Origin: a virus
Taxonomy: Duplodnaviria > Heunggongvirae > Uroviricota > Caudoviricetes
Reading direction: 5' to 3' (one strand)
Length of the DNA stretch: 64,000 nt
IMG/VR virus record: IMGVR_UViG_3300032050_000048
Coordinates: 8,476 to 72,475 of that record
Shown here: one piece after another, positions 37,419 through 45,492 of the stretch
Numbering within the stretch: position 1 is the stretch's first letter
Layout of the letters: each line of letters begins with the position of its first letter
The notes under the pieces: generated by a model
The model's database searches: none
Told to the model about the DNA's origin: nothing
Seen by the model: the letters and a program-made list of their open reading frames with translations, nothing else
Made by a program: the position numbers and the translations under genes

Positions 37419-38102
37419 ATGAATTTAGTCTATCCATTAGAAAAAAAAGGAGTTAAAACATCTGGATTTGGGAATAGAAAGCACCCGGTTAAAGGTAGCA
37501 CTATTCACCATAATGGTATTGATATTGGTATTCCAGACGGAACAAGTGTTATATCAGTCGCTAACGGTGAGGTTGTTAGATCAGATATGAAAGACAAAAA
37601 TGGGTATGGAAATTTTATTATTGTAAAACATAATGTTGATGGTGAAACCTTTTTTTCTTGTTATGCACATTTAACAAAAAGACTTGTTGATGTTGGTGAT
37701 AAGGTTAAAAAAGGAGAGAAAATTGCCGAATCCGGTGGAGGTCAGGGTATTTCTGGTGGTGGGGGTATGTCAACAGGACCACATTTACATTTTGAGATAA
37801 GAAAATCAGTTACTGGTGGTTGGGTAAATCCAGAACCATACATTAATGGAGCACCAATCACAAAAGGTTTTGGTGGTAAGGAAAATAAAAAAGATTTGAG
37901 TGATGATGGTTTAGCGGCAACACTAATGAGTATCGCTAATGATTATGTCCTTAAACCAGTTGGGGATTTGTTGGACAAATCAGAAACAATCAAGTTATTC
38001 AAAAAAATGGCTGCCGATGTTGAGAAGGAATACGAAGCATCCGATAAGGGAATGTGGGAACAAAATGAGAGATTAAAAAAAATTATTAAAAAAATTCTCT
38101 AA
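37419..38102 (+). CDS. M23 family peptidase (lysostaphin-like endopeptidase)
   Basis: HNGIDIGIPDGTSV...GNFIIVKHNVDGETFFSCYAHL...GPHLHFEIRK carries the HxxxD and HxH M23 signatures. Confidence 0.8.
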   Translation: MNLVYPLEKKGVKTSGFGNRKHPVKGSTIHHNGIDIGIPDGTSVISVANGEVVRSDMKDKNGYGNFIIVKHNVDGETFFSCYAHLTKRLVDVGDKVKKGEKIAESGGGQGISGGGGMSTGPHLHFEIRKSVTGGWVNPEPYINGAPITKGFGGKENKKDLSDDGLAATLMSIANDYVLKPVGDLLDKSETIKLFKKMAADVEKEYEASDKGMWEQNERLKKIIKKIL

Positions 38103-38193
38103 CTTCTTGTCAAATCAAAATATTTATCATAACTTTGTAATGTATTTAAAACAGATAGTTCTTTAATTTATTAACCCTTAAAACCACATTAAG

Positions 38194-38352
38194 ATGTCAG
38201 AAGATAATTTTAATGAAGTAGAAAATAAGGAACCCCAAATGTTTGGGTATCGTGATTCTGCTGGGAACCTACTTTGGACTCCCAACCAGGAATTTGCGAA
38301 ACTTAGAGCATACCATTTTGGGACTTATGATGTCTACACAGAAAAAAATTAA
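38194..38352 (+). CDS. Small hypothetical protein (52 aa; not in ORF track)
   Basis: MSEDNFNEVENKEPQMFGYRDSAGNLLWTPNQEFAKLRAYHFGTYDVYTEKN. Confidence 0.3.
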   Translation: MSEDNFNEVENKEPQMFGYRDSAGNLLWTPNQEFAKLRAYHFGTYDVYTEKN

Positions 38353-38370
38353 AAAAAAGTTCATAAAGTA

Positions 38371-38402
38371 CTTGACAAACTGAAAAAAGTGTCGTAACTT
38401 TG
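38371..38402 (+). promoter_or_regulatory. Bacteroidetes-type promoter (CTTG, 20-nt spacer, TAacTTTG)
   Basis: TAacTTTG at 38395-38402. Followed by a gtaaaacaaa leader and GTTCTTTGA at 38431-38439. Confidence 0.5.
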
Positions 38403-38404
38403 TA

Positions 38405-39372
38405 AAACAAATTCGGAAACGTCCGAAATCGTTCTTTGAAAAATTAGAATATCCATTCAGAATGTTTGATGATGAAATCCTTGCGGTTGATTCTGAGTAA
38501 CAAACTGATAAAGATATTTGGCCGTATATAGTCAATAAATAAACTGGGAAACCAGGATAAAGTGGGTCAGTAGTGTAACTGATCTGCGGTTTGGGTAACC
38601 GAACTTAAGTATACAAGCGGGATACCGTTTAACCTTTAGTACCGAGGGCAACGCTGTAGGGAAAGTGGTTAGATGATTGGGCGATGTGGGTCGTCCGGTT
38701 GAGGTGGGAACACCAATAGGAATAACTCGTAGGGATATTGCAAAAAATAAGATTATCCAATTTTATTATTGCGTGTCCCAATATCAGAGGATACTTAAAA
38801 CCGAAAGGTATGATAACAAACAGGTGGTGCTGACATTATCCTTGACCCTTGCCTACCAAGGCATAAGTCACGAAGTAATCTTAAAATATTGAGATGGGGA
38901 CATTTCAGAGAGTAGTTGAGTATCGGCTCGTTCAAAAGATGAGCTGGCTCTGGTGGCGGACCACTACTTTCATAATCCACGACACAAAAACCTAAGAAAA
39001 AATTATGAAATTAATTTAATCAGAAAGGAAAAGTGTCCGTCAGGTTTGGATGAAAGGTGACTACATAGTAATGAGCCGTTCATTGCACACAAGGATCCCA
39101 AGTCTAAGTGTAATTATCCGAAAAACCTTTAGTCCCGCAAGGACGAACTGGGGAGGCATCCTCGGAAAGAGTCAAGTAAGGTGAGAGTAGTCCAAATCTC
39201 AAGGAGTGGTTCCCCTAAGTGACCGTCACTGAGAAATACTTCTCAAAAGGAAGTGGATAGGAGTAGAATAAATAATGACTCTAAAGGTTCTCAATAAAAC
39301 GTGTAATCTCAACGTTCTTTTTAGGTTTAATCTTATAAGACAAAAAAAATTAGTAGGGACAGGAAACTGATC
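38405..39372 (+). ncRNA. Candidate large (about 0.95 kb) structured noncoding RNA, promoter to terminator (GOLLD/ROOL-like?)
   Basis: No ORF over 71 aa, and the reading frames are broken. GC-enriched. Ends with the aggga...tccct hairpin plus TTTTTTT at 39345-39372. Sits beside the tmRNA and the tRNA island. Confidence 0.35.
39345..39372 (+). terminator. Rho-independent terminator of the large candidate ncRNA
   Basis: Hairpin aggga-caggaaactga-tccct followed by TTTTTTT. Confidence 0.55.
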
Positions 39373-39439
39373 CCTTTTTTTGTTTACACAAAAATATAGA
39401 AATCGTACAGCAATAATATATAATTTTAAGACATAAAAA

Positions 39440-39467
39440 AACCCCATCGTATGATGAGGTTATTAAT
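39440..39467 (-). terminator. Rho-independent terminator of tmRNA (minus strand)
   Basis: Minus-strand hairpin cctcatc-atac-gatgggg followed by TTTTTTT, directly after the CCA end. Confidence 0.65.
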
Positions 39468-39858
39468 TGGTGGAGATGCGGGGCTCCGACTCCCCGGTCC
39501 AGCTCGTCTTGTTTAAAAGACCACTACATGCTTAGGTTGGTATTTTCTAATACCCCAAAATAGTTGATTTGTTCTTTTCCATCGTAAATCAACAACCAAT
39601 GGTTTCTAATCCGGATTTAGAGAGCCGACCAGGTTGCTCTATAAAACTACGACTTCTGTTGCTAGGCTATATGTCTGCCGGCCCCCGGTTTTTGTTGCGA
39701 TTACGCTACAGCAACCTCAGAAGTGCGGATTAACCCAACAGCTTCCATTTTGTTTAGCACATTGCCATTTAAAAAGTGAATCAGTTTTTAACGAGATTAA
39801 TTCAGTCCCGACATGCTCCTTTTATTCAACCAACGCCTGTCAAATCCAATACATCCCC
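39468..39858 (-). ncRNA. ssrA: tmRNA (transfer-messenger RNA, SsrA), one-piece, CCA-encoded
   Basis: Minus-strand 5' end GGGGATGTATTGGATTTGACAGG matches the E. coli tmRNA 5' end GGGGCUGAUUCUGGAUUCGACGGG. The 3' end CTAAGCATGTAGT...GGACCGGGGAGTCGGAGCCCCGCATCTCCACCA matches the conserved 3' end. Acceptor ggggatg/catctcc has G3-U70. Internal tag frame ...TSEVAVA-TAA. Confidence 0.85.
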
Positions 39859-39924
39859 GTATATTGTAAATGACTATTATCAAAGAACTATATATAAATA
39901 CAAATATAAACATATTTATACTAT

Positions 39925-40959
39925 ATGCCAACAAATACATACGAATTTTTAAAACAAATTGCAAAAGGTGAGGACTCAGGGTATAATAGATGGAATTACC
40001 CGGATGACTTAATCCACGATATTCGTATTAACGAAAAAAACCCATTGGCATCACAAATTACTTTAGATTTTGATAAGGACAGTGACTTCCTAGAGATATT
40101 AGGTGTTGATGAAAATGACGCCTGGACATATAACTATATAATGTATGGCGACTCTAGTGACTGGGATTGGTATACCTATAGAGATGAATGGAAAGAAGGA
40201 TACATTTTAGATGGTTTTAACAATGAGAATAAAGAAAAATTTGAAAAAATTGTAAGACTATCACTTTCACCAAAAACTTCAGTAAGAAGTGATATTTTAA
40301 ATGGAATACTTGGGATTTATGAAGATCAAGTAGAAAATATCATTTCGGCATATGCAAATGAAAATGAAAGATGTCAAATTGATGGGGCTAAAGAAATTAT
40401 AAGACGAGAAACAGAAAAACCATTTGATAGATTTGGAATTATTGAAGTATGGCACGGATCCAGATTTAAAACAACAGTTGGTATTTTACTTAATTGGTAT
40501 AGAATGTTAAAAATGGAAGATGATGATATTAAACATCTTCTTAAATCTTTATTTGAAAAATATAACCCAAAAAGTGATATTGGTGGTTGGGAAGAGATTA
40601 GATATAACTCATTTTGTGATGACTATGATTCAGAAGGAGTCCAAATGGAGATTAGTCACGAACTTGACAAAATAATTGAGATAATTGAAGAAGAAGGGGT
40701 TCACGACGAGTTTCAAAAAATATATGATGTTGTTGTAAAACTTGGAGGGTTCAATAAAATGCTTGATTTAAAAGAAAAGGAAATATCTGTTATATTTGAT
40801 AGTATTGATCCACATACCGGACAACTAGTTTTTAAATTATATAAAAAAGGTGGTAAGATGGAAAAAAGAAGTGTTGACAATCTTGAGGATCTTTATTTAA
40901 ATTTATACCACCCAGAATTATTTGAAAGTGTTAAAGATATTTTAAATAGAATTTTGTAG
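39925..40959 (+). CDS. Hypothetical protein
   Basis: 344-aa ORF. Confidence 0.5.
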   Translation: MPTNTYEFLKQIAKGEDSGYNRWNYPDDLIHDIRINEKNPLASQITLDFDKDSDFLEILGVDENDAWTYNYIMYGDSSDWDWYTYRDEWKEGYILDGFNNENKEKFEKIVRLSLSPKTSVRSDILNGILGIYEDQVENIISAYANENERCQIDGAKEIIRRETEKPFDRFGIIEVWHGSRFKTTVGILLNWYRMLKMEDDDIKHLLKSLFEKYNPKSDIGGWEEIRYNSFCDDYDSEGVQMEISHELDKIIEIIEEEGVHDEFQKIYDVVVKLGGFNKMLDLKEKEISVIFDSIDPHTGQLVFKLYKKGGKMEKRSVDNLEDLYLNLYHPELFESVKDILNRIL

Positions 40960-40987
40960 TATCAAATAAGTTTATTATATTTGGGCT

Positions 40988-41773
40988 ATGGAAAGAAATT
41001 TTGAATTACTAAAAAAGGTCCTTTCGGTTCCGACTAAGACCTACCAGGAAGATTTAATGATTGAGTTTATTGTTGACTGGCTTGAGTCAAAGAATATTCC
41101 ATTTTATCTGGACCAATACTATAATGTATATGCTACAAAACAAACAGATACCAATATTGAGTATTTTCCTTGTGTTGTAGCCCACACAGACACTGTTCAC
41201 AATATTGATACAATAAATGTCGTTGAGGAGATGCTTCCAAACGCACAGAAAGAGATAAAACTAGCACTTAAAGCTTATAACGATAAAGGAGAACCAACCG
41301 GTATTGGTGGTGATGATAAATGTGGCGTATTTGCCTGTCTTGAACTTCTTGAGGAAATGCCAAACCTAAAAGCTGCGTTCTTTGTTGCTGAAGAAACTGG
41401 ATGTAAAGGGTCATTTAACTCAGATTCGGCTTTCTTTGAAAACGTGGGTTATGTTATTCAGTTTGATGCACCAGAAAATAATATGATTTCTGAGTTTCTT
41501 ATGAGTGCGCCAATGTTTACCCGGGATAGTGATTTCTTTAAGGTTGGTGGAAGGTTGATTACAGAACATTTCCCAAAGGACACAAAATACCATAGACATC
41601 CATATACGGATATTTATCCTTTAAATCAAAGATATAAGATATCTTGTTTTAATATCTCAATTGGTTATTACAACTACCACACAAGAAATGAGTACGTTGT
41701 TATTGATGATACATACAACGGAATAAAGGTAGGTAAGTTAATGATTGAGGAACTTGGTTATACCAAACATTAA
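40988..41773 (+). CDS. MH-clan zinc peptidase (M20/M28/M42-like aminopeptidase/hydrolase)
   Basis: VAHTDTVH, GGDDKCGVFACLELLEE and AEETGCKGS give the His/Asp metal ligands, the GxDDKxG motif and the Glu-Glu pair. Confidence 0.6.
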   Translation: MERNFELLKKVLSVPTKTYQEDLMIEFIVDWLESKNIPFYLDQYYNVYATKQTDTNIEYFPCVVAHTDTVHNIDTINVVEEMLPNAQKEIKLALKAYNDKGEPTGIGGDDKCGVFACLELLEEMPNLKAAFFVAEETGCKGSFNSDSAFFENVGYVIQFDAPENNMISEFLMSAPMFTRDSDFFKVGGRLITEHFPKDTKYHRHPYTDIYPLNQRYKISCFNISIGYYNYHTRNEYVVIDDTYNGIKVGKLMIEELGYTKH

Positions 41774-41776
41774 AAA

Positions 41777-41799
41777 AGGAGGGTTTTTAACCCTCCTTT
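41777..41799. terminator. Bidirectional terminator between convergent peptidase and Clp ATPase genes
   Basis: Hairpin aaggagggtttttaaccctcctt. Confidence 0.6.
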
Positions 41800-43832
41800 T
41801 TCTTTCTACCCCTTTTAGGTTTATTCTCAATAAGAACATCAATCTTAATTTCCTTATCTACAACTGTCAATTTATAATCAACATCTTCTAGAACTTCATT
41901 TAGTAATATTTTCTCAGAGATAAGGTCTTCAATTTTATCCTGGATTGCCCTTTTAATTGGTCTTGCACCAAATTGTTCATCAAACCCAACCTCAGATATC
42001 AATTCAACAACTGACTCATCGTATGTAATTTTATATTTCATTGACTCAATTCTGTTAACTAACTTCTCAATTTCAATTTTAACAATCCGGTCAACGTGCT
42101 CTTTTTTAAGCGAGTTAAAGACAATAACGTCATCAATTCTATTTAGGAATTCTGGAGCGAAGAACTTACTTAATTCTTTTTTGAGGATATCTCTTTTTTC
42201 TTCTTCTCTTACTGCTTCACTACTATTTGATTTAAACCCAACTCCAGTTCCAAAATCCTGTAATTTTCTAACACCAATATTTGATGTCATAATAATTAAA
42301 CAATTTTTGAAGTTAATTTTTCTTCCAAGTCCGTCGGTCATATGCCCGTCATCAAGCATTTGAAGAAGTGTTGAGAAGATATCTTTATTTGCCTTTTCAA
42401 TCTCATCAAATAAGATAACAGAGTATGGTTTATTTTTAACCTGTTCTGTAAGCTGTCCACCCTCTTCGTGACCAACATATCCTGGAGGAGAACCGATAAG
42501 CCTTGATATAGTATGTTTTTCCTGATATTCAGACATATCAACACGAATCAAACTATCTTCACTACCAAAAATTTCTTTTGCTAGTTTCTTTGCAAGATAT
42601 GTTTTACCAACACCGGTTGACCCAAGGAAGATAAATGAACCAATTGGTCTATTTGGGTCCTTAATTCCAATTCTATTTCTTCTAATGGATTTTGATATTT
42701 TTGTTACCGCTTCAGCCTGACCAATTACATAGCTATTTAGTGCGTTCTCTAAATTAACAAGAGAGTTTTTCTCGTCAACATTAATTTTGCTTACCGGGAT
42801 TTTAGTCATTTTAGAAACAACCTCATAAATTAAATCTTCCGGAATTACTCTTTTACTATTTCTAAGTTCTTCCTCAAATTTTAATCTTTCGGCATCAAGT
42901 GATGACATTACTGATTTTTCCCGGTCCCTTAACTCAGCAGCCATTTCGTATTTCTGTTTTTTTATAACGTCAGACTTCTCCTTTTTAATTTCAAGAAGTT
43001 CTTGTTTTAGATTTTCAATACTTTCAGGAAGTTTAATATCAATTTGCATTCTTGACCCAACCTCATCAATAATATCAAAAGCTTTATCCGGAAACTCACG
43101 ATCTGTAATATATCTATCGGCAAGTTCTACACATAAAAGAAGTGATTCGTCTGAATATGTTACCTTGTGATGTTCTTCATACTTTTCTTTACTATTTTTT
43201 AAAATTTGAAAAGTTTCAGCCTTTGTTGATGGTTCTACAATTACTTTCTGGAATCTTCTCTCAAGAGCTCCATCCTTCTCAAAATGCTTTCTATATTCAT
43301 CAAGGGTTGTAGCACCAATACATTGGATTTCACCCCTAGAAAGGGCCGGTTTAAAGATGTTTGAGGCATCAAGTGAACCAGAACTATTACCAGCACCAAC
43401 CATTGTATGAATCTCATCAATAAAAAGAATAATGTTTGGATTACTTTGAAGTTCCTCAATTATTACTTTCATTCTTTCCTCAAATTGTCCACGATATTTT
43501 GTACCGGCAACAATTGAATTCATCTCAAGGGAAACAATTCTTTTCTCTGAAAGATTTTTAGGACATTCACCACTATGAATCATCATTGCCAACCCTTCTA
43601 CAATTGCTGTTTTACCACAACCTGGTTCACCGATAATAATAGGGTTGTTTTTCTTTCTTCTAGATAAAATTTGTGCAATTCTAATAATTTCATCTTCTCT
43701 ACCTATTACAGGGTCTAATTTACCTTCTTGAGCTAACTTATTTAAGTCTTTACTAAAGTTGTCTAGAACCGGAGTTCCACTATCACTTTTTTTCTTGTTC
43801 TTGTCGTTGTCATCAATGAATTCTATTGCCAT
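41787..43832 (-). CDS. ClpC/ClpA-like class I AAA+ unfoldase (two ATPase domains, UVR-type middle domain, VGF ClpP-docking loop; no Clp_N domain)
   Basis: Walker A motifs [15 protein letters not shown] and [15 protein letters not shown]. Middle domain [21 protein letters not shown] tripeptide loop. N-terminus begins about 50 residues before the first Walker A. Confidence 0.85.
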   Translation of the reverse strand: MAIEFIDDNDKNKKKSDSGTPVLDNFSKDLNKLAQEGKLDPVIGREDEIIRIAQILSRRKKNNPIIIGEPGCGKTAIVEGLAMMIHSGECPKNLSEKRIVSLEMNSIVAGTKYRGQFEERMKVIIEELQSNPNIILFIDEIHTMVGAGNSSGSLDASNIFKPALSRGEIQCIGATTLDEYRKHFEKDGALERRFQKVIVEPSTKAETFQILKNSKEKYEEHHKVTYSDESLLLCVELADRYITDREFPDKAFDIIDEVGSRMQIDIKLPESIENLKQELLEIKKEKSDVIKKQKYEMAAELRDREKSVMSSLDAERLKFEEELRNSKRVIPEDLIYEVVSKMTKIPVSKINVDEKNSLVNLENALNSYVIGQAEAVTKISKSIRRNRIGIKDPNRPIGSFIFLGSTGVGKTYLAKKLAKEIFGSEDSLIRVDMSEYQEKHTISRLIGSPPGYVGHEEGGQLTEQVKNKPYSVILFDEIEKANKDIFSTLLQMLDDGHMTDGLGRKINFKNCLIIMTSNIGVRKLQDFGTGVGFKSNSSEAVREEEKRDILKKELSKFFAPEFLNRIDDVIVFNSLKKEHVDRIVKIEIEKLVNRIESMKYKITYDESVVELISEVGFDEQFGARPIKRAIQDKIEDLISEKILLNEVLEDVDYKLTVVDKEIKIDVLIENKPKRGRKKKEG

Positions 43833-43991
43833 AATGTTTTTTATTTAAATTTAGTAATTTTTATTTTTTTAGTAAAGTATTGACACAATGTCATAATGTC
43901 TTGTGTTATATGACAAAATGTCAGGTTTATAAATTTTGGTATCCTTTTAGTATAAATATTAACCAAAATAAACCAAATAAAAAAATAAAAA

Positions 43992-44375
43992 ATGGATAGA
44001 TTTAATTTTAACAAATTTAACAGATTATTTGACGACTTTTTTTCTAGAAATGAGTCCTTTAACTTTGATCAGTTTTTAACTGGTGATAATAACCTTGAGA
44101 AAAGGGTTTACACAAACGAAGATGGGTCAGTAAACGTTGTCTACATTAAAAATGGAAAAAATAGAAATGAGATTGATGAATTAAAACAAAAACTTGATAT
44201 GGTAATTGAGAATCAAGAGTTTGAACTTGCGGTTGAGTTAAGGGATAAGATTAAAAATCTTGAACAAAACCAAGAAGAAATTAAAAAGTTAAACGACGAG
44301 TTAAAAAGTCACATTCAAAACCAAGACTTTGAAAAGTGTATTGAACTCCGAGACAAAATAAAATCGTTAAAATAA
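43992..44375 (+). CDS. Stand-alone protein with two UVR motifs (FELAVELRDKIKNLE; FEKCIELRDKIKSL)
   Basis: 127 aa; the motifs match the UvrB/ClpC UVR helix-hairpin signature. Terminator at 44381-44403. Confidence 0.5.
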   Translation: MDRFNFNKFNRLFDDFFSRNESFNFDQFLTGDNNLEKRVYTNEDGSVNVVYIKNGKNRNEIDELKQKLDMVIENQEFELAVELRDKIKNLEQNQEEIKKLNDELKSHIQNQDFEKCIELRDKIKSLK

Positions 44376-44380
44376 TAAGG

Positions 44381-44403
44381 ACCTCTTCGGAGGTTTTTTT
44401 TTA
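44381..44403 (+). terminator. Rho-independent terminator
   Basis: Hairpin acctc-ttcg-gaggt followed by a T-run. Confidence 0.6.
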
Positions 44404-44428
44404 TGTGTATATTTATAATAAAAAAACT

Positions 44429-45016
44429 ATGAATAAGAACTTATTTACTATAGATGATTCTGAAAGACAAAGAATTCTTGAGATGCACCAATCCGCAACA
44501 AATAGACAGTACTTAGTTGAGCAAACTGGAAGTGATTTTACGAATTGGGCTGAGGACACTGGGTGGTCTGCAAAAACAAGAAATGAAGATCCACAACAGA
44601 GAAGCTATGAGGAGCAATTAAGCGCTGAAAATTATGATAGATTTTTAGAATATTACCACACAGGTGAAAGAGTTTCAAATGGAGATTTAACATACTATAA
44701 TGCAGTTGGTAAAAAGGCTTATTTGTTTAACAATATTAACTACCCATTTTCAAAATCAAATTTAGTTGACAACCTTACATTTACAATCAATAATATACAA
44801 CCCGGTAAAGCAAATGTTCAAACAAGTGACGTTAAATTATATTTACTATCAGCGGCACCAAATGAACCTAATCCGTATGAGAAACCTTATTTAGCGGTTT
44901 TCCCAAATGGAAAGGTTGAGTATCACGTTAATAATAAAACTAAAAATACAAATGTTACATCCCCAGTTGGTGTTATTAGATTTATTACCTTAGAACCTGA
45001 CGTAACTGATAAGTAA
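44429..45016 (+). CDS. Hypothetical protein, N-terminus paralogous to 10377..11165 (DDSERQRILEMHQ vs SEEEKRRILDMHK)
   Basis: In-frame ATG at 44429 chosen over 44405. Confidence 0.45.
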   Translation: MNKNLFTIDDSERQRILEMHQSATNRQYLVEQTGSDFTNWAEDTGWSAKTRNEDPQQRSYEEQLSAENYDRFLEYYHTGERVSNGDLTYYNAVGKKAYLFNNINYPFSKSNLVDNLTFTINNIQPGKANVQTSDVKLYLLSAAPNEPNPYEKPYLAVFPNGKVEYHVNNKTKNTNVTSPVGVIRFITLEPDVTDK

Positions 45017-45019
45017 TTA

Positions 45020-45418
45020 TTAAAGAACTGAAAAGACTTTAGTGTACTCCTCAGTTAAAGTCTTTTTATTTTTAATTTTAATGATAGAACAAAAAGGTAT
45101 AATTACACTATCATCACCATTACCAACCTCCAACCAGATATCAGAAATGTATTCGGTGTTACCATTATAAGTAATTACATAAGCCTTATACTTATCCAAA
45201 CTAAATTCCTTTTGGATTGCAGCTTCAAACAACTCAATTCCATTTTTATCGTTAGATTGTGGTATTTTAAAGTTTTTATAATCTAAGTTAATTGAGCTAT
45301 CACAATACGAAAATAAAGCTGGTGAAACAACAGACAAGTCAATTATATTTGTATCCTTTTGGGAAAATCCAACAAAAGAACAAAACGTAAAGACAAAAGA
45401 AATAATAATATTTTTCAT
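45020..45418 (-). CDS. Secreted hypothetical protein (signal peptide)
   Basis: MKNIIISFVFTFCSFVGFSQ is a signal peptide. Confidence 0.5.
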   Translation of the reverse strand: MKNIIISFVFTFCSFVGFSQKDTNIIDLSVVSPALFSYCDSSINLDYKNFKIPQSNDKNGIELFEAAIQKEFSLDKYKAYVITYNGNTEYISDIWLEVGNGDDSVIIPFCSIIKIKNKKTLTEEYTKVFSVL

Positions 45419-45492
45419 AACGAGTTTTATTAAATGATTATTTCTACAAATATAAACAAATTATTTAATTTACAAAAAGAAATATACTTTTT

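Noticed and set aside
38269-39873. ORFs 38269..38535(-), 38677..38892(+), 38795..38980(-), 39226..39447(-), 39634..39873(+)
   Set aside because: They lie within the GC-rich noncoding transcript or on top of the tmRNA gene; products are junk-like.
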